Assembly: GCF_001704295.1 (NCBI RefSeq)
Contig: NZ_CP012334.1
Span: 716,084-756,083, forward strand
Direction of reading: 5' to 3'
Source of the DNA: Bordetella sp. H567
GTDB lineage: Bacteria; Pseudomonadota; Gammaproteobacteria; Burkholderiales; Burkholderiaceae_B
DNA: 40,000 nt
Position numbers and translations under genes: made by a program. Under the pieces are notes generated by a model, which saw only the letters and a list, made by a program, of their open reading frames with translations, made no database searches and was not told the origin of the DNA. Shown here piece by piece: positions 16,934 through 24,187 of this stretch. Numbering within the stretch: position 1 is the stretch's first letter; each line of letters opens with the position of its first letter.

Positions 16934-17323
16934 TCACCGCCGCCGCGGCTTACGCTTTGCCGCCCCGATCTCAGCCGCGCGGGCCTGCCATCGTTCAGGC
17001 GGCCCGACGAATCGGTCGACCATGCTGCTGCCCAGGACCTGGGGAATCTCCAGGTGTGGACGCCCACCGGGCTCGGCCTCCAGATCCCGCCGAAACTCTT
17101 CCCAGATCGAATCGAGGCAGCTGCCCGGCCGAGGGAAGCGGTCGCGCAGCTCTCTCGCACGCTGGACGATCTCGCGCAGGCGATCGACCTCGCCAAGCAG
17201 GACGGCCATGTCCCGCTCCACCGCCGCGCCGTCGAACATGCATGGCGCGCGGGCCGGCGTCACCTCGTAGCGTAGGCGGATGCGGTGCAGGTCGTCATGC
17301 GTGAGCGGCGGCCGGGCGGGCAT
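16934..17323 (-). CDS. Hypothetical protein (129 aa)
   Basis: Open frame in operon position upstream of DUF3606/ligase. No recognisable motif, no clear SD, start uncertain. Confidence 0.45.
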   Translation of the reverse strand: MPARPPLTHDDLHRIRLRYEVTPARAPCMFDGAAVERDMAVLLGEVDRLREIVQRARELRDRFPRPGSCLDSIWEEFRRDLEAEPGGRPHLEIPQVLGSSMVDRFVGPPERWQARAAEIGAAKRKPRRR

Positions 17324-17338
17324 GGTCGGGTAGAGAGG

Positions 17339-17354
17339 CTGTATGGATATCCAG
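17339..17354. promoter_or_regulatory. LexA (SOS) box-like palindrome
   Basis: CTGTATGGATATCCAG has the CTG-N10-CAG form and differs from CTGT-N8-ACAG at one position. Lies 15 nt upstream of the 129-aa ORF start. Confidence 0.4.
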
Positions 17355-17361
17355 TGTATCG

Positions 17362-18084
17362 CTACTCCAGGGCGAACGGCTGCTGGCCCTGCTCAACCGG
17401 TTCTATGGCGTCGGGCCGCTCGTAGCGATAATTGCCGACTTCCTGGCGCACGCGGTGCCAGGTGAAGGCGGATTCCGGCAGCGCATGCGCGAGTATTTCC
17501 CGGGCGCGCGTCAGCGTGGTCGCGGGGTCGACCCATTCGACGGCCAACTCCGGCGGCAGGGCCACCGGGCGCCGGTCATGCATGTCCACCATGCCGCCCT
17601 GGGTATCGTTCGTCACGATGGCCATGCCGTGTTCCTTGCCGTGCTCGCGGCCAGGGCGCCAGGCGCACACCGCGGCTAAGAACAGCGGTTCGTCGTTGGC
17701 GTGGTGGATGAAGTAGGGCACCTTCGGCCCCTTGGGATCGTCGGTCAACCACTTCCATTCGTACCAGCCATCGGCCGGCACGATCGCGCGGCCGCCTTCC
17801 TTCAGCAGCCAATTCCACGGCCATTTGCCCGCGGCGATGGTTTCGGTCTTGGCGTTGCTGATCGGCGCGCGGCGCCAGTCGCTGGGCTTGTAACCCCAGT
17901 AGATGCGCTCCACCTCCAGCTGCCCGCCGCTGAACCGATGGAAGGCCATGGGCCGTGCGCCCGGCGGGATGTTGTAGCGCGGGCCGACAGGGTCGGGCGG
18001 GAACAGCTCGCCCGCTCTGGGCGCCCTGATGATCTTTTCCAGGTAATCGTCCGGGTTGTTCTTCTGCACGATACGGCCACACAT
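17362..18084 (-). CDS. SOS response-associated peptidase (SRAP/YedK family)
   Basis: Start at MCGRIVQK (catalytic Cys2). The 344-aa track ORF is an upstream over-extension. Confidence 0.88.
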   Translation of the reverse strand: MCGRIVQKNNPDDYLEKIIRAPRAGELFPPDPVGPRYNIPPGARPMAFHRFSGGQLEVERIYWGYKPSDWRRAPISNAKTETIAAGKWPWNWLLKEGGRAIVPADGWYEWKWLTDDPKGPKVPYFIHHANDEPLFLAAVCAWRPGREHGKEHGMAIVTNDTQGGMVDMHDRRPVALPPELAVEWVDPATTLTRAREILAHALPESAFTWHRVRQEVGNYRYERPDAIEPVEQGQQPFALE

Positions 18085-18439
18085 GAGGCGCTCCGATTCG
18101 AAGGGGTACCTGGACATGGTATCGCAGCCGACAGCCCAACAGCGGGCCCGTATTACGGCCCCAGGGGCATCGGCGCTCGGGTGCGGCGCCGGCCCGCGGG
18201 CCGCGGCCCATCCCAGCCCGGCGCGCGCCGTCATCCCCCCACCTCGCCCGCTCGCCAAACGGAGCGCTTTTGACTCAGACCTGCGTCGTCCCGCCAGCCC
18301 GGCGCCATGCGGCGCTTTCGGGCATTGAGGCTCGCCTATTGGTGACGCAAAAAGACGCAGTCTGAGCCCGGCTCCGACCATGGATCGCCGGGGCATCGGC
18401 GGTGTACTCTCAGCGTTTTACAAATTGACCGGGTGACCC

Positions 18440-18985
18440 ATGAAGGACGAGGTGCAAGGGTTTTTCAAGATGCTGGCCACGTCGCCTAAGACGGTCTCCC
18501 TTGCAGCCGGGGTCGCCTGCATGACGCCCTATCTGTTGCGCGAGAAGAGTGGCTTGCCGGCGACGTATACCGGCTTTTTCTCCGTCGCCGCGATTTTCTT
18601 CCTGACCTTGTTCGCTGTGCTTGTTGTCCGTGCTTGTACTGACGGTCTGCGGGAATCTGGACGGGCGAAGAAAGCGCGCAAGGCCCGCTTCGAGGGGCTG
18701 GCGCTTGAAGAGCTTGAGGTGCTGGCTGCGTTTGTGATTCAGCAGGTGGACTCCCTGTTTTATCCCAGCGATCTGGTTGTCATCTCACGACTCTGGCGAC
18801 GCGAAATGTTGGTGTGCCTGCACACGCCTGACCTGATACAGCGATTCGAGATCGCCGACTGGGCACGGAAGGAACTCGAACTCGACCCGTCATTGCTTAA
18901 GGGGACGGACGGCGCTCACGCTGTGTCGGTCTCTACCGACTATTTCGATCGAAAGAAGAACGGCGAGTACGCCGCCCGTCGGTGA
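18440..18985 (+). CDS. Membrane protein resembling superinfection exclusion protein B (SieB family)
   Basis: 181 aa. Two N-terminal TM helices, a KKARKARF linker, then LALEELEVLAAFVIQQVDSLFYPSDLVVISRLWRREMLV, which matches my memory of the SieB-family pattern. Confidence 0.5.
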   Translation: MKDEVQGFFKMLATSPKTVSLAAGVACMTPYLLREKSGLPATYTGFFSVAAIFFLTLFAVLVVRACTDGLRESGRAKKARKARFEGLALEELEVLAAFVIQQVDSLFYPSDLVVISRLWRREMLVCLHTPDLIQRFEIADWARKELELDPSLLKGTDGAHAVSVSTDYFDRKKNGEYAARR

Positions 18986-19062
18986 GCAAATCCTCGACAA
19001 TCAGCTTTCTCTCAAACGTCGCGGCCAGGCCGGTGAGGCACCCTTCCCGAGAGACAAGGCAA

Positions 19063-19701
19063 TTAAGCCCTGGGGGCGGCCGTTATCCGTTTGGCCGCGT
19101 GAAGTGCAAGTACGTTGCACACAAAACGGTTGCCACTGTTGCGAGAGGCCAGCGCCGTCAAGATGTACTGCACTGCAAATAGCACAAGGCTCGCCTTTAC
19201 TATCAAGGACGTCGCGTCGAAACACCATAGAACGAAGGGAACGACAATGGACAGCAGCAGCGATAAACTTGCGGCGTCCCGCCACAGCAAGTATGACTTG
19301 TGTGCCCCAACTACCCTGGTATCCGACTCGACACGTTTGTACAGCCTGTACCACGTGGCATTTTGCTCTTTGGGATCGACGGGAAGTTTTCCCACGTGCC
19401 GTTGTAAAGCACTCATGTCGATGCGTGGGTCTGACGGCCCATGCGTTGTGAATGCGGCGTGCCCGGGTAACGCATTCTCGACCTTCCAGAAGACCAGGAC
19501 GGCCTTGAGGTTGGGCGAGGCAACCTCGACCAACAAAAGTATTGCTACCGGAAGCAAAGTGACAACACTGCCTTGTACAACCCGCGAAATGGTCATCGCC
19601 TCCGCGATGTGTGGATACGCAAAGGAAAGCGCTATCGCCATGTCTAAAGCGGCCAACGATACGAGCAGCTTTAAGTTTGAATTCTTTAGGCTGTCTTTCA
19701 T
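19063..19701 (-). CDS. Multi-pass membrane protein (about 4 TM), unknown family
   Basis: 212 aa. Hydrophobic helices at the N terminus (x2) and C terminus (x2) flank a soluble segment, ENALPGHAAFTTHGPSDPRIDMSALQRHVGKLPVDPKEQNATWYRLYK. ATGA overlap with the upstream MBL gene. Confidence 0.7.
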   Translation of the reverse strand: MKDSLKNSNLKLLVSLAALDMAIALSFAYPHIAEAMTISRVVQGSVVTLLPVAILLLVEVASPNLKAVLVFWKVENALPGHAAFTTHGPSDPRIDMSALQRHVGKLPVDPKEQNATWYRLYKRVESDTRVVGAHKSYLLWRDAASLSLLLSIVVPFVLWCFDATSLIVKASLVLFAVQYILTALASRNSGNRFVCNVLALHAAKRITAAPRA

Positions 19702-20555
19702 CCGTTGTACTCGGTCGAGATCGTAAACGCACCGGCGGAATCTACATCAAACTGGATCCATCCATCGCGCCGTGTAGTTAGGACGTGGCGGCGTTTTCCA
19801 GTGGTGGCAACATAAACTCCGGCCGGGTGCCTATCTATCACGCGCTGTCGGTACGTCTGGGTCATGCGTTGCGTATCGTGATGAATGGCCTTGTCCGACA
19901 TAACGATCGCCCTTGGCGAGCAATAGTCAAAGAGTTCCGCGCAATAGCCGTTTTCGCGGCCATGGTGTGAAGCCACCAGTACGTCAACGTCACCGAGGTC
20001 TGCTCGAAAGGCCGGCCGTTCCAAGAGCGCCCTCCAGCCAGCCACTTCAAGATCTCCGGGGAAAAGGATTGAAAAACCGCAGTACTTGAGGAACACCACC
20101 AAGCTGAGATCGTTTGTAGTCTTAAACTCCGGGTAACGGTTGAAGTAGTAGGTCGCCGTGATGCCGCCCATTCCTTCATTAAAGGGCAGTGCCACGGGCG
20201 CGGTGTACCTTCCATGCATGGACAAGAATTCGTCGATGTCATCGGTCGGCGTGCCGCCAGCTTGCTTGATCGAGCGAAGGGCGTCAGCGGGCGGGTGCGG
20301 ATTCCGAATCAGTGTCTCGACCGATATGCCCGCACGGCGTAAACCGGCTAGATCACTCATATGGTCTTGGTCCGCGTTCGTGATGAACAGGTAATCGACA
20401 TTCGTCCGTTTGAGTGTGCCGCGGATATAGTCGCTGGGCCGCCAGTCGGGTGTGCATCCAGAGTCGATCATGGCTAGACGGCCCCCGTAGGTGCCAATTT
20501 GGTGCTGAACCATAGCGCAGGCGCCGTGCTCTACATCCCAGACTCTCAATCGCAT
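19698..20555 (-). CDS. Metallo-beta-lactamase-fold protein, ComEC/Rec2-like
   Basis: MRLRVWDVEHGACAMV...LAMIDSG, FITNADQDHMSDL (degenerate HxHxDH) and VLVASHHGRENGY. An alternative TTG start lies at 20618. Confidence 0.75.
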   Translation of the reverse strand: MRLRVWDVEHGACAMVQHQIGTYGGRLAMIDSGCTPDWRPSDYIRGTLKRTNVDYLFITNADQDHMSDLAGLRRAGISVETLIRNPHPPADALRSIKQAGGTPTDDIDEFLSMHGRYTAPVALPFNEGMGGITATYYFNRYPEFKTTNDLSLVVFLKYCGFSILFPGDLEVAGWRALLERPAFRADLGDVDVLVASHHGRENGYCAELFDYCSPRAIVMSDKAIHHDTQRMTQTYRQRVIDRHPAGVYVATTGKRRHVLTTRRDGWIQFDVDSAGAFTISTEYNG

Positions 20556-20857
20556 CTGACCGACCACGAACTCTCTCCCATCGCAAATTTGTACTAGATG
20601 CGTCGAGAATTTACACAAAGCGGCGTTTTTTCGCTGGACCGAGCTACAGCCGCGATCCTATAAACGTGCAGACTTGTTGTGATATTTGTTGTTATTTATG
20701 GTTTACGAACAACGGAGAGCGAGCAAAATTGACGTTCTTCGGCCTGTATTCGAAGGCCCCTCTGTCCGCCAAGAACATTCCTCAGGTTGCCCCGCGTTGC
20801 CCCACAACCCGCATGAACATTGGTTCTGCGGGTTTTTGTTTGCCCCGTGTTGCCTCA

Positions 20858-21118
20858 CGTTGCCCCTATGTGACCCATTTGGGCGATGGGGGCGGCCTGT
20901 CGCTGTTGGCAAAGACTGAGGGGGCTAAGCACTGGTGGTACCAGTAGCGCTATCACGGCAAGCAGCAGACGATGGCGCTGGGCGTTTATCCCGCGGTCTC
21001 GGCCCGCTCGGCGCGTGAGAAGCACGCGGTTGCTCCTGAACAGCTGGCCAGCGGCCTTAATCCCACAGCGGAAAAGCGACTGGCGAAACTCAAGGCGACC
21101 GAGGACGTGCGCAAGTAG
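20858..21118 (+). pseudogene. P4-type (DUF4102) integrase, N-terminal fragment only
   Basis: CPYVTHLGDGGGLSLLAKTEGAKHWWYQ*RYHGKQQTMALGVYPAVSARSAREKHAV...NPTAEKR matches the N-terminal arm of P4-like integrases. In-frame stop at 20945-20947; truncated after about 85 codons. Confidence 0.65.
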
Positions 21119-21350
21119 CCCAGGTCCTGTGCAACCCGGGTCACGGGCTACCCTCCACTCAAACGTTCGATGGCTGTGAGTAGACAGACCTGCTGGCGCC
21201 ACGCGGCAGGCTCGCGCCGGTCTGCCCACGGAAAAGCCGGGTGAATGTCCGCCGGCTCATTCCCACTTCGGCAGCCATCACGTCGAGCCCGATGGCAATC
21301 GAAGGCTCATCCCGTCCTTGTTCTACACGGCTCGTTCGGTGACGCCCACT
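21119..21350 (-). pseudogene. AraC/XylS-type HTH remnant, frameshifted and truncated
   Basis: Minus strand reads ...EPSIAIGLDVMAAEVGMSRRTFTRLFRGQTGA. After a 1-nt shift it continues PAAWRQQVCLLTAIERLSGG*PVTRVAQDLGY, then stops abruptly where the integrase stub ends. Confidence 0.45.
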
Positions 21351-21400
21351 CGTTCGAATCGAGCGAACCTTGGTTGTCCCCGATGAGTTTAGCTACGTGT

Positions 21401-21730
21401 TCATGGACGTGGGGTACGGCTTTCGTAACCACGAACTGGTTCGAGCCATTCGAACCGCCGCTCGGACTTCAGCAGCTTCTTGAGCTTAGCCTCGTAGTCG
21501 ACACGATAGTCCTTCTTCAGATGATGCTCTTGAAAGTATTGCGCACTGCATGCCCAAGTTTCGTAGAGGACCAGCGTGTCGGGATCTTCCGCCGACCGGT
21601 GCAGGTAGGTGTTGATGAAGTCCGGTTCGTGTGACATTGCGTCGAGTACCTTGATGAGGCTTGTATAAAGTTCATCGCGTACCTCCGGTTTGCCGGGCAG
21701 GTGGACGATAAACGAGATGCTCTCGCTCAT
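21401..21730 (-). CDS. Antibiotic-biosynthesis-monooxygenase (ABM) domain protein / putative quinol monooxygenase
   Basis: 109 aa. ISFIVHLPGKPEVRDELYTSLIKVLDAMSHEPDFINTYLHRSAEDPDTLVLYETW is an ABM-type pattern. SD is AGGAG. Confidence 0.75.
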   Translation of the reverse strand: MSESISFIVHLPGKPEVRDELYTSLIKVLDAMSHEPDFINTYLHRSAEDPDTLVLYETWACSAQYFQEHHLKKDYRVDYEAKLKKLLKSERRFEWLEPVRGYESRTPRP

Positions 21731-21880
21731 GATGGGCTCCTAATGGATGACGCTTATGCGTTGACCCGCGTCACGTTCGGCGACGCTTGCTGATTAATGT
21801 ACTGCTTGGCTCCTGATTCGCATCGAGAAAATTCGTAAGCGCTTATTTGACAGCGTCTTGCAGGCTAGGACGGCTTGTTG

Positions 21881-22027
21881 TTACTCGCCTGGGCTTGCCC
21901 TGTCTGTCTGAACCGCCCCGGGGCGGTTCAAGGTGCCTGGCTTCATACCTTTGGCAGCTACCGCGCCCGTTTCGCGCAGAGTGGCCGCCCAATCGCGGCG
22001 AGTGGTAATGGTCAGTTTACGTTCCAT
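21881..22027 (-). CDS. Small ORF (48 aa), possibly a truncated regulator/antitoxin-like gene
   Basis: MERKLTITTRRDWAATLRETGAVAAKGMKPGT... preceded by GGAGAAAATAACC. Below the track's size cut-off; translated by hand. Confidence 0.25.
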   Translation of the reverse strand: MERKLTITTRRDWAATLRETGAVAAKGMKPGTLNRPGAVQTDRASPGE

Positions 22028-22146
22028 GGTTATTTTCTCCGGCCGTCTTCCGCGATGAAGTAATCGATCAACTCGCCCACACGGGACGAATGGTGCGAGT
22101 TAGAGCATTGGAGAGGCTTGACGGGGAAGAGGCCGGTGCCGGCCTC

Positions 22147-23148
22147 TCAATGTAGCGGCTTAATGTTGCGCATCCGCAGAATTCCGTTCCAACGGTCAGT
22201 CTCTTCGACGATGAGTTCCTTGAACGCGGCCGGCGTGTTGGGTTGCAGCGGCGTAGCAAAGGCCTGTTGCGCCATGGCGTCGTGCAGTGCCGGGTCCATC
22301 AGCGCTGCATTGATGGATCGGTTGAGTTTTGCGATCACATGGGGCGGTGTGCCAGCCGGCGCGACCAAGCCGCTCCAGTCCCCAAGCTCGAGCCCCGACA
22401 GTTCCGACACGCCGGCTTCATCCAGCGTCGGCACATGAGCCATGGCCGGTATCCGTCGAGGCGACATCGCGACGATCGGCCTGAGTTTTCCCGCCCGGAT
22501 GTGGGGCAGCGTCCCGGCAACAGGCGCGATATAGATGTCTATCCGACCGCCCATTACGTCCGTTAGCGCCTGCGCGCCACCGCTGTATGGCACATGCCGG
22601 ATGTCGAGATCCATTTCCTGTTGCAGCAGTTCACACAACAGATGCGCGGTTGTCCCTGTCCCGGGGGACGCGCAACTCAGCGCCCCTGGATACGTACGGG
22701 CGATCCTTACCACATCCTGTACGGTAGCGATCGGGCTGTGCGTGGCGCTCACCATGACGAACGGTAGTCTGGCGACCAGCCCAACCGGGACCAGATCGCG
22801 TGCGAAGTCATACTTCATGGTTCCATACATCGATTTGTGTATGGTGTTCGGCCGTCCTCCAAGGAAGACCGTATAGCCGTCCGGCGTCGCGCGGGCGACA
22901 TATTCCGCGCCGATGTTGCCGCCGGCGCCAGGTTTGTACTGGACGATCACTTTTTTTCCGAGGGCTTCGCCCATGGAATGCGCGAGGAGCCGGGCCAGGG
23001 CATCGGCACTGCCGCCGGGTGGGAAACCAATCACCAGCGCAACCGGACGCTGCGGGTATACCGCTTCCTGGTCGGCCGCCATAGCTCCCCATGGCGCAGC
23101 CGCGGTCATCAAGGCAATGGCTGCGAGGTCCTGCTTGAGATGCTGCAT
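22147..23148 (-). CDS. Bug-family (TctC-like) tripartite tricarboxylate transporter substrate-binding protein, copy 1
   Basis: 333 aa with a signal peptide. YPQRPVALVIGFPPGGSADALARLL...QYKPGAGGNIGAEYVARATPDGYT is the Bug family signature. Confidence 0.9.
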   Translation of the reverse strand: MQHLKQDLAAIALMTAAAPWGAMAADQEAVYPQRPVALVIGFPPGGSADALARLLAHSMGEALGKKVIVQYKPGAGGNIGAEYVARATPDGYTVFLGGRPNTIHKSMYGTMKYDFARDLVPVGLVARLPFVMVSATHSPIATVQDVVRIARTYPGALSCASPGTGTTAHLLCELLQQEMDLDIRHVPYSGGAQALTDVMGGRIDIYIAPVAGTLPHIRAGKLRPIVAMSPRRIPAMAHVPTLDEAGVSELSGLELGDWSGLVAPAGTPPHVIAKLNRSINAALMDPALHDAMAQQAFATPLQPNTPAAFKELIVEETDRWNGILRMRNIKPLH

Positions 23149-23176
23149 CTTGTCTCCGCTCTACTCTTATTTGCAA

Positions 23177-23211
23177 CATGCCGGCATGAACCCGCGAAGG
23201 TTGCCGGCATG
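23177..23211. promoter_or_regulatory. Paired palindromic motif upstream of Bug copy 1
   Basis: CATGCCGGCATG (perfect 12-bp palindrome, 23177-23188) and TGCCGGCATG (23202-23211). The same pair is conserved upstream of copy 2. Confidence 0.35.
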
Positions 23212-23499
23212 ATTTCGGGAAGATGATCCACCCTGAATCGGGCGACCGTGGGTAACGGCGTGCAGTCACGCGTTCCTGGCGCGGAAAGCGGGGGGCGATA
23301 CCTTGCCGTTTCGTGCGGGCATCGGCATGTGAGCGCGCACACGGTGGCGCAGGCTTACCAGCAGGACTGCGCAATCAAAAAATAACGGCGCGTAGATGAC
23401 TACGCGCCGTACAGCCCCAGATGCCGGGAGCATATCCTCGCAAGAGGGATGTATCACCGAGAGCTGTGTTGACGGACGCGGAGTGCAGCGTCCCGTCTA

Positions 23500-23988
23500 C
23501 TAGGCCAGGTTCGTATAGACCCTGACTTCCACGTTATGTTTGTTGCGGAAATCGTCCCTGGGGCGGCCGCACCGCTTTGCGCCGGTTTCAATATCCTTTG
23601 TGACCCCCGCGCCTTGCAAATAGGTGTCCAGGAAATGTTCCGCCGCGGCCGCGCTTCTCTTGGCGCCTTCATTGACGTACTTATAGCAACCGTCCATCTC
23701 GATCTTCGTATATTTGCCTGGATCCTTTTTGATCTCGCTGCCCAGTTCGGTCAGGGTGTTCCGGACGGCATCTCTCAGCTTTCCCGTTTCAGCGACGTTC
23801 TTCAGTTCTATCGTTTGCGTCGCGGTGTCGCGCTTTGCGCGTTCCTGATGCGACTCGGATGACTTTGGGGGTTGGTAAGCCGCGAAGGCTTCCTGCGCCG
23901 AGGTATGTGGGGTGGGGGAAGTCTGCGAACTCGGGGCGGAGTATGCGTCGAAACGAGCCGGATTGACGTTGGTTACTTGCATAGTCAT
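23500..23988 (-). CDS. Hypothetical protein (162 aa) with an S/T/P/Q-rich N terminus
   Basis: Lower-GC ORF with a perfect SD (AGGAGGTT). The spacing favours the second Met (MQVTNVN..., 23982). No recognisable domain. Confidence 0.6.
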   Translation of the reverse strand: MTMQVTNVNPARFDAYSAPSSQTSPTPHTSAQEAFAAYQPPKSSESHQERAKRDTATQTIELKNVAETGKLRDAVRNTLTELGSEIKKDPGKYTKIEMDGCYKYVNEGAKRSAAAAEHFLDTYLQGAGVTKDIETGAKRCGRPRDDFRNKHNVEVRVYTNLA

Positions 23989-24187
23989 AACCTCCTACGA
24001 TGGGCCACTGAATGCGGAAGGGACATCCCTGCGCGCAAGGCGCAGGTTCTTCCAACCATGCGGTGTCCGCAGCATGCGTAGAGAAGTTCCGGACTCAATT
24101 ACCGTTCGTCCCTTGGCCCGTCCGAGTTCGTTCGGCGCGGCAGCATCGCCGAAGCACGTCACCAGCGTAGCGTCCGGTGATGGCTCT

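Larger units (their letters stand above)
18400..21118. mobile_element. Lower-GC accessory island remnant ending in a truncated P4-type integrase
   Basis: G+C is visibly lower than flanking DNA by eye. Cargo genes have no housekeeping role. An integrase stub sits at the right edge. Confidence 0.5.
22144..23231. repeat. Segmental duplication, copy 1 (Bug gene plus its 5' region)
   Basis: Colinear with 24185-25274, including the conserved upstream block ...GCCGGCATGATTTCGGnAAGATGATCCAC. Confidence 0.8.

Noticed and set aside
20620-20870. A tRNA gene or tRNA 3'-end att remnant next to the P4-type integrase stub (e.g. ..TTCGAAGGCCCCTCTGTCCGCCA at about 20745-20770).
   Set aside because: The TTCGAA plus terminal CCA is suggestive, but the flanking bases do not form a T-arm (no G53-C61-type closure) or an acceptor stem. 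No cloverleaf can be drawn.
22129-22146. Hairpin GAGGCCGG-TG-CCGGCCTC immediately after the stop of Bug copy 1 as a terminator.
   Set aside because: The stem is perfect, but only a weak TTCCCC tail follows it on the transcribed strand. I left it out of the feature list as uncertain.
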